In this document: positions 30,906-42,085 of the stretch, piece by piece
Layout of the letters: each line of letters opens with the position of its first letter
How positions within the stretch are numbered: position 1 is the first letter of the stretch
Origin: Eledone cirrhosa
Lineage: Eukaryota
Assembly: GCA_964016885.1 (NCBI GenBank)
Contig: OZ024745.1
Span: forward strand, 112,592,001 to 112,656,000
DNA: 64,000 bases
Reading direction: 5' to 3'
Made by a program: the position numbers and the translations under genes
Notes under the pieces: model-generated
Told to the model about the DNA's origin: nothing
Seen by the model: the letters and a program-made list of their open reading frames with translations, nothing else
Database searches by the model: none

Positions 30906-31400
30906 GTATATATATATACATATACATACATATATATATATATAGGCACAGAGACACACACACATATATATATACATACATACATACTGTACATAGTATT
31001 AATTGTAAAATAGAACCAAATGTGTTTTAGACGGCCACTACAATGCAGGCTGGAAATAAAGAAGTGAAAACCACAACAAAAACAGTTGACACTCTTACTA
31101 TCAAAAAACAGCCGTTAACATATTTATCTTATATTTCAATTTATCAGCTATAAAATAGCTTTATCAAGAGAGAAAATCGAGAATGAACTTAGATTTCATT
31201 CGCAGTGAGGTTGGGAGAAGTGGACATTTTGCAGATTATTCATGTTACATTAGCCAAGAAGCGTGCAATAAATGTAGTAGACATTACTACTCATACGTAT
31301 TAAGACGACAATAATAGTGATGATTCTTTCATTAGAAACCAACCAGAGAAATGTGATAACCTGGTCACATTTATAGCCACAGACTGAATATATGAAATTT

Positions 31401-32073
31401 TCTAACCCTAACCCTAACCCTAACACTAACACTAACACTAACACTAACCCTCACCCTAACCCTAACCCTAACCCTAGCACTAACTTTAACTCTAACTCTA
31501 ACCCTTAACCGAATCCTAACCCTAACCCTAATCCTAACACTAACCTTAACTTTAACCCTAATCCTAATCCTAACCCTAACCCTAACCCTAGCACTAACTT
31601 TAACCCTAACTCTGACCCGAACCCTAAACCGAACCCTAACCCTAACCCTATGCCTAACACTAACCTTAACTTTAACCCTAACACTAAACCTAACCCTAAC
31701 CCTAAACCTTCCTAATCCTAACCCTAACCCTAACTTTAACCCTAACCCTAAGACTAAGCCTAAGCCTAACCCTTAACCCTAACCCTAACCCTAATCTTAG
31801 CCATAACCCTAACCATAACCCTAACCCTAACCCTAACCTTAACCCTAACCCTAATCCTAACCCTAACCCTAACTTTAACCCTAACCCTAAGACTAAGCCT
31901 AAGCCTAACCCTTAACCCTAACCCTAACCCTAATCTTAACCCTAACCCTAATCCTAACCCTAACCCTAACTTTAACCCTAACCCTAAGACTAAGCCTAAG
32001 CCTAACCCTTAACCCTAACCCTAACCCTAATCTTAGCCATAACCCTAACCCTAACCCTAACCCTAACCCTAAC
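31401..32073. repeat. Degenerate interstitial telomere-like (CCCTAA)n array
   Basis: About 670 bp of ccctaa and variants, with duplicated higher-order blocks. Confidence 0.92.
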
Positions 32074-32681
32074 GGTTCAATCATTCTTGAGCAGCGTTGA
32101 TTAATTTATATATTTCCATGTCAGATTCTCTTCGCAGAACTTTCTTGGAATCAGCAATAACATTGTCTTAACAGGTAGATAGTCGAAACCAGTTGATTCT
32201 CCATCAACATAGGAACATAATAATAAATGGGGAGAGTGGCAAAGGTATTTATGAGAATCAAATTTTGATCACCAAATTTCATTACGTTTAAAGAGAATAG
32301 TTAACGCCACAGAGGTCTGGGACTTCACGTATTGCAATAGAAAAACAACTTTTCTTCCCACATAGAAGGGTGGATTATAGGAATTGATAGAACGTTGGAT
32401 AAAATGGCATTGGTGCATTTATTCAGGATCTTTACATTCTGAGTTCAAATCCCACCAAGATCAATCTTGCCTTTCACCCTTCCGGGTTCATTAAAATAAA
32501 GTACGAGTCAAATACTGGGGTTGATTTAATCATCTTTGCCCTTTCTCCAAATTTGCAGGCATTGTGCCTAAATTAGAAATCAATATTTATTCCCACATCA
32601 CACAAGAACACTTCACAATTTGATGCAACACTTCAGCTGTAGATTTTGTAACAGAAGTGAACCATAGAAACTGGGATACTA

Positions 32682-32764
<83 letters not shown>

Positions 32765-32769
<5 letters not shown>

Positions 32770-33470
32770 GGAAAAAATGAAATTTCATTTCCCACTCTTA
32801 GTACGGCTGATACTTAAATATAAGTATGTACACGTACATACACATATGTATACAGACGTACAGTAGTATGTATATAGATACATACATGCACACATATATA
32901 TATATATATGTACGTATGGGTTTACCAAACATTTATTATAATGCTCGGTTTGTTTGTAAACAAACAGCCCGAATTATTAGCCGTACAGTGTTCGGCAACC
33001 ATCGTTGCCATTTTGTTCAACACTGACAAAGGAACTGACATACTTATATTTAAGTATCAGCCGTACTAAAAGTGAGAAATGAAATTTCATTTTTTCCATT
33101 TATCGTTTTCGGTACGCCCGGCCGACTAACTCACTCGATATGCAAATTAGGCTGCTCAGCCGTTAATATGCATAAGGAAAGTTAAGGAAAGTATATACTT
33201 TCAAACGTTCAATCCTATGACGGTGCTGATGACAGCTAATAAGCTAGAAACTAGGTCATCGTTCCTTTGTCAGTGTTGAACAAAATGGCCACGGTGGTTG
33301 CCGAACACTGTACGGGTAATAATTCGGGCTGTTTGTTTACAAACAAACCGAGCATTATAATAAATGTTCAGTAAACCCATACGTACATATATATATATAT
33401 GTGTGTGTGTGTGCATGTATGTATATACATACTGATGTACGTCTGTATACATATATGTATGTACGTATAC
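32765..33470. mobile_element. Fold-back unit 1 (A-B-A'-C-B') of a hammerhead-bearing non-coding element
   Basis: A (32765-32829) is inverted at 33038-33102; B (~32829-33035) is inverted at ~33261-33470; the hammerhead-like motif sits at the C/B' junction. Confidence 0.75.
33220..33262 (+). ncRNA. Degenerate minimal type-I hammerhead ribozyme
   Basis: acggtg-CTGATGA-cagct-aata-agcta-GAAA-CTAG-gt-catcgt. Stem I is 6 bp, with the same loop II and CTAG as 35444-35488, but the cleavage-site dinucleotide and the first stem II pair deviate. Confidence 0.6.
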
Positions 33471-33519
33471 ATTTATATACATATATGTATGTACGTATAA
33501 TATATATATAGAGAGAGAG

Positions 33520-34782
33520 AGAATTCACAAGAATCAAAGCTATGTTCAAAGCATTTATTCACTTACAATTCTTTCATCCAAATCTAGGCTTGAGTCTCCA
33601 GACCATTTTTCAATGTTTGTACACATAATTGACCTCCTTTCCACCGCAAGAGACATACAGATACATATGTATATATTGATGTACAGTGGAATGACATATA
33701 TTATACTATATTATTTCTGTATAGCAATTCAAATTCAAAATTAAAATTAAAATTAAAATTAAAATTAAAACAAAATTAAAATACATTCGGCAGTTAACAT
33801 AGATAATGCAAGAGGATAGTTTGTTAGTCAGATGTAGTAGTTAGTGTATGCGTTAGTTACACGTGGGGCATGCACGTGTGTCTCATTCATATATGATTAT
33901 TGTGTGGCAGGGTGTTACATGTAATATAAGCACTTTAAGCGGGTAAGTAAGAGTATTATGGAGGTTGTAGTGGTAAGGTATTTTTTGTATATAATAAAAA
34001 AGTATGTGTGCAGAAAAATAAAAATACAAAGGAGAAGCAAAAGAAAGTTATGCTTTTCGTATCCACCACCATTTTCACATTCTGGAAAAGTAAGATATAG
34101 TTTATACATCCATCACATAAGTAACGATGATTCCGTATTGGATGTTTGATGAATTAAATTATTTTAGCTTATTGCGGCTCAGTGTTATTTAATCCAATTT
34201 TATAGAATAGGTTGATTCTGCTGCGAGAATTTACATCGGTTTATTATCCGGAAGTATGTGTGTAATTTTATTTTTCTGCACACATACTTTTTTATTATAT
34301 ACAAAAAATACCTTACCACTACAACCTCCATAATACTCTTACTTACCCGCTTAAAGTGCTTGTATTACATGTAACACCCTACCCACACAATAATCATATA
34401 TGAATGAGACACACGTGCATGCCCCACGTGTAACTAACGCATACACTAACTACTTCATCTGACTAACAAACTATCCTCTTGCATTATCTATGTTAACTGC
34501 CGAATGTATTTTAATTTTGTTTTAATTTTGTTTTAAATTTAATTTTAATTTTGATTTTGATTTTGAATTTGAATTGCTATACAGAAATAATATAGTATAA
34601 TATATGTCACTCCACTGTACATCAATATATACATATGTATCTGTATGTCTCTTGTGTTGGAAAGGAGGTCAATTATGTGTACAAACATTGAAAAATGCTC
34701 CGGAGACTCCAAGCCTAGGTTTGGATGAAACAATTGTAAGTGAATAAATGCTTTGAACATAGCTTTGATTCTTGTGAATTCT
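33520..34782. repeat. Large inverted repeat, ~505-bp arms and ~240-bp spacer
   Basis: 33520-34023 is the highly similar reverse complement of 34266-34782. Confidence 0.95.
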
Positions 34783-34856
34783 ATATAACTGCTCTGTAGA
34801 ACAACTGATGTTATTACATTGAGCTATTTATCTTACTGGTAATAAGGTAGTAATAA

Positions 34857-34941
34857 ATTACTGACCTTCACTGTTTAGGGTTTAAAATATATATAACTAT
34901 AAAAAGTTTATATAGTATATACATAACCATAAATAGTATCC

Positions 34942-34980
<39 letters not shown>

Positions 34981-35000
34981 TATTTCGTTTCATTTTTTCC

Positions 35001-35072
<72 letters not shown>

Positions 35073-35104
35073 TTATATACATATACATATGTATATATAT
35101 ATAC

Positions 35105-35153
<49 letters not shown>

Positions 35154-35773
35154 TAAGTTAAAGTGTACATCTACATATGTATACGGAAGTATTAGTATGC
35201 ATATAAATACACACATGTATACATATGTACATGTACTCAGCTTTTCACTAGACACTTTACAGTGAGTGTCAGCTAGTCTGTGTGTAACCACACAGGCGGA
35301 CCGGGTTTTAGAGTCATACGAGTTTTCCTAATTTTCATAGAAAAAGCATATACCCACTACTAACACCCACTACTAATTTTCATAGAAAAAGCATATAACG
35401 ATATGTGCTTTTACAATTCTCCAGAGAAGCCGGAAGATGGGTAAATATTGCTGATGAGATGTAATAACATCGAAACTAGTCCAATATTCCTGTCTGGCCC
35501 TCTGGAGAAAAGAGGAAATGTGTTTCCTTGAAAACTCGTATGACTCTAAAACCCGGTCCGCCTGTGTGGTTACACACAGACTAGCTGACACTCACTGTAA
35601 AGTGTCTAGTGAAAAGCTGAGTACATGTACATATGTATACATGTGTGTATTTATATGCATACTAATACTTCCGTATACATATGTAGATGTACACTTTAAC
35701 TTAATTGTTTAAGCGTCAGTCATACAAAAGTGAGTTAGAAGCGAAACGAAATTTAATTTCGTTTCGTTATTTG

Positions 35774-35871
<98 letters not shown>

Positions 35872-35953
35872 GGATACTATTTATGGTTATGTATTTACTA
35901 AAACTTTTTATAGTTATATATATTTTAAACCCTAAACAGTGAAGGTCAGTAAT
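34857..35953. mobile_element. Fold-back unit with nested inverted repeats and a hammerhead in the spacer
   Basis: 34857-34950 vs 35862-35953 and 35148-35327 vs 35531-35708 are inverted pairs; spacer 35328-35530 holds the ribozyme. Confidence 0.8.
35444..35488 (+). ncRNA. Minimal type-I hammerhead ribozyme (complete consensus core)
   Basis: aatattg-CTGATGA-gatgt-aata-acatc-GAAA-CTAG-TC-caatatt: 7-bp stem I, 5-bp stem II starting G-C, palindromic ACTAGT stem III, GUC cleavage after 35481. Stem I extends via tctccagag (35418-35426)/ctctggaga (35500-35508). Confidence 0.88.
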
Positions 35954-36024
35954 ATATATATATAGTATATATATATATAAATTACATTGTTATAGAATAC
36001 CACTCTCATCGAATATCTCTTGAT

Positions 36025-36205
36025 AGTAGTATCGGTAGAAGGTCGTACGCCATGCTTTCCAGCATAGTTATGTCCCTTTACGGTCTGGGTTCAAATCCCG
36101 TCGAGGTTAACTTGGCCTTTCATCCTTACGGGGGTCGATAAAATAAAGTACCAGTAATGTACTGGGTAATTGCTGGCCTTGTGCCAAATGTAGAAACAAT
36201 TATTG
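36025..36205 (+). mobile_element. Major SINE copy
   Basis: Matches the family consensus; B-box ggttcaaatcc. Confidence 0.85.
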
Positions 36206-36477
36206 AAAACAAATAACATTGAAACATGTTCTCGGTTGTCTCCCGTGATTTCAAGAAAGAAGCAAAACTAATATTTAAACATCGCTTCATATATTTCTCG
36301 CACATTTTGTTTCACCCTAGCAAGTTTATGTTCTCAACACTCATGTAATGCTTTCACCATCTTAACTATACAGCTGAGTGAGGTTCAACAATATTGTGTA
36401 ACGTCAATAGCACTATAGCAAGAAGGAGGACTTTTTATAAGCCTCCTTCTTTGCTCGGATGGCATCTTTTTGAAGAC

Positions 36478-36578
36478 GAAGAAGAAGAAGAAGAAGAAGA
36501 AGAAGAAGAAGAAGAAGAAGAAGAAGAAGAAGAAGAAGAAGAAGAAGAAGAAGAAGAAGAAGAAGAAGAAGAAGAAGA
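36478..36578. repeat. Pure (GAA)n microsatellite
   Basis: Directly visible, about 33 units. Confidence 0.97.
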
Positions 36579-37273
36579 GATTTTTAGTTCTGAATTGGTA
36601 TTTCATTTATCGATTTGCAAATGTGGAATTTCGATTGGTTTTTACTCAGTACCGAGATTTCCGGAACGAATATCACAAAGCTCTAATGACCTTACCCGTT
36701 CTCTGATGTGTCGATAAAGTATAGGTCAGTGAACTTCTTGCATATGAGACAGCTGCAATTATGTGATGTCCTCAAATCGTTGTAATCAGCTCGTTGTAGT
36801 AAAATTAGGGTGTGTGAGACAATATCTTGTACGCCTAACAGTTGAGAAAAAAACAAAAAAATCAACCAAGATATACAGAGATAAATGAATATAAAAATAA
36901 AAATTAAAGTAAAAAAATATAAATTCAAATAAAAAATAAAATAAAATAATTCAAATATAGAAGGCCAACGGGAACCAAAATAAACATTAAAAAGATAAAG
37001 AAAAAATGGGAAGCAAAGGAAGCTGTAGAGCAACTAAGGAGGTTCTGTTTCTGAATCTTTTCGTAACCCCATATACTCGATTTTGTTCATAGTAGGTAGG
37101 TCTTTTACAATATACTGGATATCCAATCATGTTACTTTTTATAAGATCGGATTCAAGAAGACTTTACATTGGAACAAATAGTAGCAAAGAATTTCTGGGA
37201 AGTCATCACAAGAACATCGAGGTTATTCTCTACGACCAGTTTGGGATAAAACGTAAATCAATGGTATATGTTA

Positions 37274-37859
37274 GACTAGCAGAATGGCCCGGCGTTGCTC
37301 GGGATTCTAAACATAGATTGGCATTTTTATCCCTACTTTCTGTAGCAGTTTCGTCATATGTTCACCAATTGATGCAGAAGTCCTAATAAAAAGTGAAGTC
37401 GCCTTGGGTGAATAAGCAAATAATTTTCCATTAATATTTTTCAAAAGCATGTAATTGCGTTCCCTCTCTTTTTTGTTGTTTTTGCTGCTGTTGGTGTGAT
37501 AGCGGCCGTTGGTCGTACTACTAACGCAGTCTCGTCCTTCTTCAGCCAATCGTGTATATCCCCTTCTGCCTCGTCAGCAATGAGAACAATATTTGCTCTA
37601 GGGTTCTTATATTTTTTATATATATTTATCTTTATCGAGCCTCGTGAAATAAATACATTTGTTTATATTTTGTTATTGTGTATGCAAAAATATCTGTACA
37701 CGAATATATAATTATATCTATATATCTAAAATAGATAATGCCTGTCTGTCTGGCTGGCTGTCTGCATTACGACATTATGACACTATCTGTGTGTGTATAT
37801 TCTGAAACTAAAAAAATCAATCTGTGGACGCAGAAGTAAATATTTCGAAAAACGTTACA

Positions 37860-37917
<58 letters not shown>

Positions 37918-38173
37918 TATATATACATATATACACACACAGATAGCGTCATAATGTTGTAATGCAGACACCCAGACGTACAGGCAGATATTATAAGGGC
38001 GCGACGTTCTGCGCCTAATGCGGTCCCTAGGGCATTGAAAATTTCAAATTTTATTTGCTCAAAATACTCACACGACCATAAGTATTACATGTGTACAGTT
38101 TGAAAACAATCGGTTCGGTGGTTCTCGAGTTTTAGGGAGTCAGACAGACAGGCTCTGTTTTAGATATATAGAT
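37274..38173 (-). mobile_element. Non-autonomous Helitron-like element(s)
   Basis: 3' end actagcagaatggcccggcgttgctcggg (hairpin plus CTAG on -); 5' end cagacagacaggctctgttttagatatataga; internal inverted pair ~37740-37800 vs ~37930-37986. Confidence 0.6.
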
Positions 38174-39908
38174 ATATTACCCATCTTTATGGTATTTAAA
38201 TAAAATGTGACTTTTTCCTAGCCAAAAGTGAATCATTTCTTCTATTTCTTTTCTTTATGTGATTTTATTACCGTTTATTGTATGGTTATATAAAGTTCAG
38301 TGAGATATCGCCTGAGATAATATAGAGAGGTCATAAATTTAGACATTAAACGAACTGTTTAAAACCAGCGACTAACTAACTAAGCATTGCAAACTTGGAT
38401 TTTTCGTTAAAATGATTGTATCATATTTTGGATGTTTGAAATTAAAATTGAATAACATTCAGAGAGTATTTGACATTATTTAAATTTTAAATATGAATTA
38501 GGAACATGTGTTGTTTATTTGGAATATATAATGAAATAACAATTATTTTCAACTAATTTTAGCTGTTAATTGTGTTGTTTTGACAGTTATCGGAAGTCTT
38601 TTGGAAATTATCAAGCTCTAGTGATTAAACATGCAAAACATTAATGATTTAACTTAGTTTTGGTGTTCTTTGATTTATTCCAATTCAATTATTCAATTTC
38701 GTTTTTATTTTTTATTTTCCTTATAATTATTCATTTTTGCTTATCTGATGGAATTTAATTTTAAGAAACTAAAAAAAGAAGAGAAAGTATAATTAAAAAG
38801 ATATTGTTATGTAATTTTTTAGCATTTTGAAAGATGTATCCTAGCTTTTAAATATTGTTGTAGGCGACTTTGACTTATTTTCTTCACGGTCGATAAAATA
38901 CATAATAGTTGTTGCTTTTCAACCCCAGGTAAACCTTGATCAAGCACCCCAACCGTCACTACCCTATATTTCATCATAAACAGTATGTCTAACGTGTCTT
39001 TCCTTCTTTTTTTTAAACGAGTGGGTGTGATTTGTGAGGAAATTGTTTGAGATTATATTTAGGTCAAGTATCGGTAGAACGTCAGACACCATGCTTTGCA
39101 GCATAGAGTTATGGCCCTTTACGTTCTGGGTTCAAATCCCGCCGAGGATATACTCTAGCCAATAAGGCGGCGACTTGGCAGTCGTTAGAGCGTTAGATAT
39201 CTGCATTTTTTCCGGCTTTCTGTTTTCCGAGTTTAAATTCCATCAATGCTAACTTTGCGTTTTATTCCCGCAGGGTCGATACATAAAGTTGCAATGAACT
39301 ACGTGAAATAGCTAACAAAGGAGCGTTTTCATCGCAGACCCATCAATATTTTCACCATCACCATGTGGAGATGACAAGAAAGAACAGAAAATGGAGACAA
39401 TTTAATCTACGCCTTAATTTCAATCGAATCGCCACTGAAAAATGTCCAAGTGATTACTAGAGTGTGAGAGTACGAGTTAATGATTTGTTCCAATTACGAA
39501 ATATATCTGGTGGCTATATCTGATTAACACCATTTAATTCAAAGATTCTACAGTAAATGTAAATGATACACACAGAAACGAAGAGAACCTCCTTGTTGTC
39601 ACACAGCATGCTAAAAATAACAACCAAATCTTCCTCAAATCACATCACTGTATTAAAACGAAAGGGTAAAAACGATCATGCAGCTCGAGATACATGAAGT
39701 TTGATAAAAATAGGCGGGACATTTGCCTTTTATTCTAAAGAGCTCATTGGGAGGTCATTGTTAATTAATAAAGGATAGAGTAGGAAGTTTTAAGAGAAAC
39801 CTGAAGGGGTGAGAAAGAAGAAGGAGAGAGGGGATTAAAATAAAGAAGTAGAGAGAGGGGGGGGGGATTGACGGTGAAGAAAAATGTTTTGCATTATTGT
39901 ACTGTACT

Positions 39909-40082
39909 TACAGCATAGAGTTACGGCTCTTTATGATCTGAGCTCAAATCCCGCCGAGGTTAACTTTGCCTTTCATCCTTATGGGGTCGATAAAATAAAG
40001 TACCAGAGACGCACTGGGGTCGATTTAATCGACTTTCCCCTCCCCCCAAATTACTGGCCTTGTGCCTATATAAGAAACCATT
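39909..40082 (+). mobile_element. 5'-truncated SINE (long-tail subtype) with 17-bp TSD
   Basis: TSD cattattgtactgtact at 39892-39908 and 40079-40095. Confidence 0.88.
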
Positions 40083-41871
40083 ATTGTACTGTACTGTGAA
40101 CTCGCATTTTAAGCGGTCAGTTGGTACTCAACACACCGCGTTATTAAAAAAACAACCTATGTTGAAGACCTCTTTTTATATATATATGTATGTCGATTTT
40201 CTGGAAGAGGCATAACACGCACCTTTCTAGGGGTGGAAAACATCAAGTAAGCAATGATAGTGGTAGGTGTTAGTTTTTTCTTTTACATTTGGTGATGGGG
40301 TTTAACGTGGAACAGGGCGTTAAGAGTTTTACAACGTTTTTTTTTATTTTGTTAAATTGTTAAACGAATGTGTATGTTGAAAATAACACTAATTGGAATC
40401 ACGTCGGATGCGACATAATTAAATAGATTATCATTAGTAAAATGATAAACTATTAATTTCTCTTAAATGATAGGGTTGATTGAACGTCAAATACTCGATC
40501 GATCCTTCTTAATGAGCACAACCTTTCATTAAATGGGTCGATGTTAGTAGCAGACAGAAGCCTGATCTGACATATCTATATAACAAATAATATTTAAACT
40601 TTACACCTACACTTTATTTCGATCGATTTGATGTTTGATTCTCTTCAGGTCATTTTATTCCACGATTTTTCTGATTTAAAAAATCTTTATTTCTAAACTA
40701 AGAGCAATATCTGTTTTATCAACTAAACAACTGACGAAATATATAGTTTAGAGTTTATTTAGATTTATCTTTCAGTAAAGAAAAATTATTGAGTTGACGT
40801 AAGTAGTAGGCAGCAAGCGTTATATGTACTATGTCGTAATATGTACTATTTTGTTATGTGTACTACTTTGTTATATGTATTAGTTCGTAATTTTCCACTA
40901 CGTACATATCCGCCACATACATATACAAGTATAAGGCACCTGATAGTATTCGAAGATCATATTTTTTAAAAATTCATTCCTAAAGATGAGGCTAAGTCTC
41001 GAAGAACTATCCACGTTCGATCAGTTAGTGCTGTATATTTAATGGGAGAAACAATTGACACTTATGTTGGGTTACTGTATGCTTTATGGACATAACAAGA
41101 TAGAGGAGGAAAAGAAAAAAAGAAATTAAGCAACGAAAGAATGGGAAAGTGAGGAAAATGTGACACATTCTACACCCCAGGCTGAGTGGTAAGGTTTAGC
41201 TGCGCCACACACAAAATCGCGAAGGCATTGCCGTGGGTAATGTTTAGCAATACTAGCCGCAACAGCCACTCTACCGCATGGGGATTCTTCCTCTAGTAGA
41301 CTGCTGTCTTCTTGACTTTGCAAAGGAAAATTTTTAGTTGGTAAAATAAACACGTTCTTATAGAAGCATTAGGAACCAAAGTGAAATGAAATAGAAATAC
41401 ATCCAGGAAACTGAACTTTATCACACAGTTAGATAATTGATAACTCAACTCTATTTACTCTTTAGTGACCGGTGTATAGATGTTGATTTCTTTCGACGAT
41501 GGATACGGTCTAACGGAGAGGAGATTGTTATAGCCAATTGAATCCTCTACACTGAATCACATCAATATAGTACTGATATTTGACCGGAACCCGAATGATT
41601 TGACCATTGACTGATGTATGACAATACTGTTTCTTCCAAACTCACCGCATTCATCAATCATTGACGCCTACGTTTGGCACAGGGGAAAACATGTGTATGG
41701 TAGGGTTATAGCTAAATGGAATCACCCAGTATATCACTAGTACTTTATTTATTTATCCCTAATAGAATAAAAATAACTTCAAACCTGTGAACAGAAAAAA
41801 GTGGCGTTATTAAGTGTAGAAATATACTTTATAGTTCTATACTTTATAGTTCTATACTCTACTGTAGTGAT

Positions 41872-42085
41872 ATTGGTTTCTGATTTAGGCACAAGGCCAA
41901 CAGTTTTGGTGGGTGAGGAAAGTTGATTAAATCACCCCCACTTAGTTACTGGTATTTTATTTGATCGACCCCGTAAGGATGAAAGGCAAAGCTAACCTCG
42001 ACGGGATTTGAACACAGAACATAAAGGGCCGTAACTCTATGCTTCAAAGCATGGTGTCCGACACTATTGATACAGCCAATCCACT
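41872..42085 (-). mobile_element. Major SINE copy (long-tail subtype)
   Basis: Matches the family consensus. Confidence 0.85.

Noticed and set aside
31401-32073. True chromosome end
   Set aside because: Internal, degenerate and flanked by sequence on both sides.
36394-36717. Poly-Glu/Lys/Phe ORFs
   Set aside because: Readings of the (GAA)n microsatellite.
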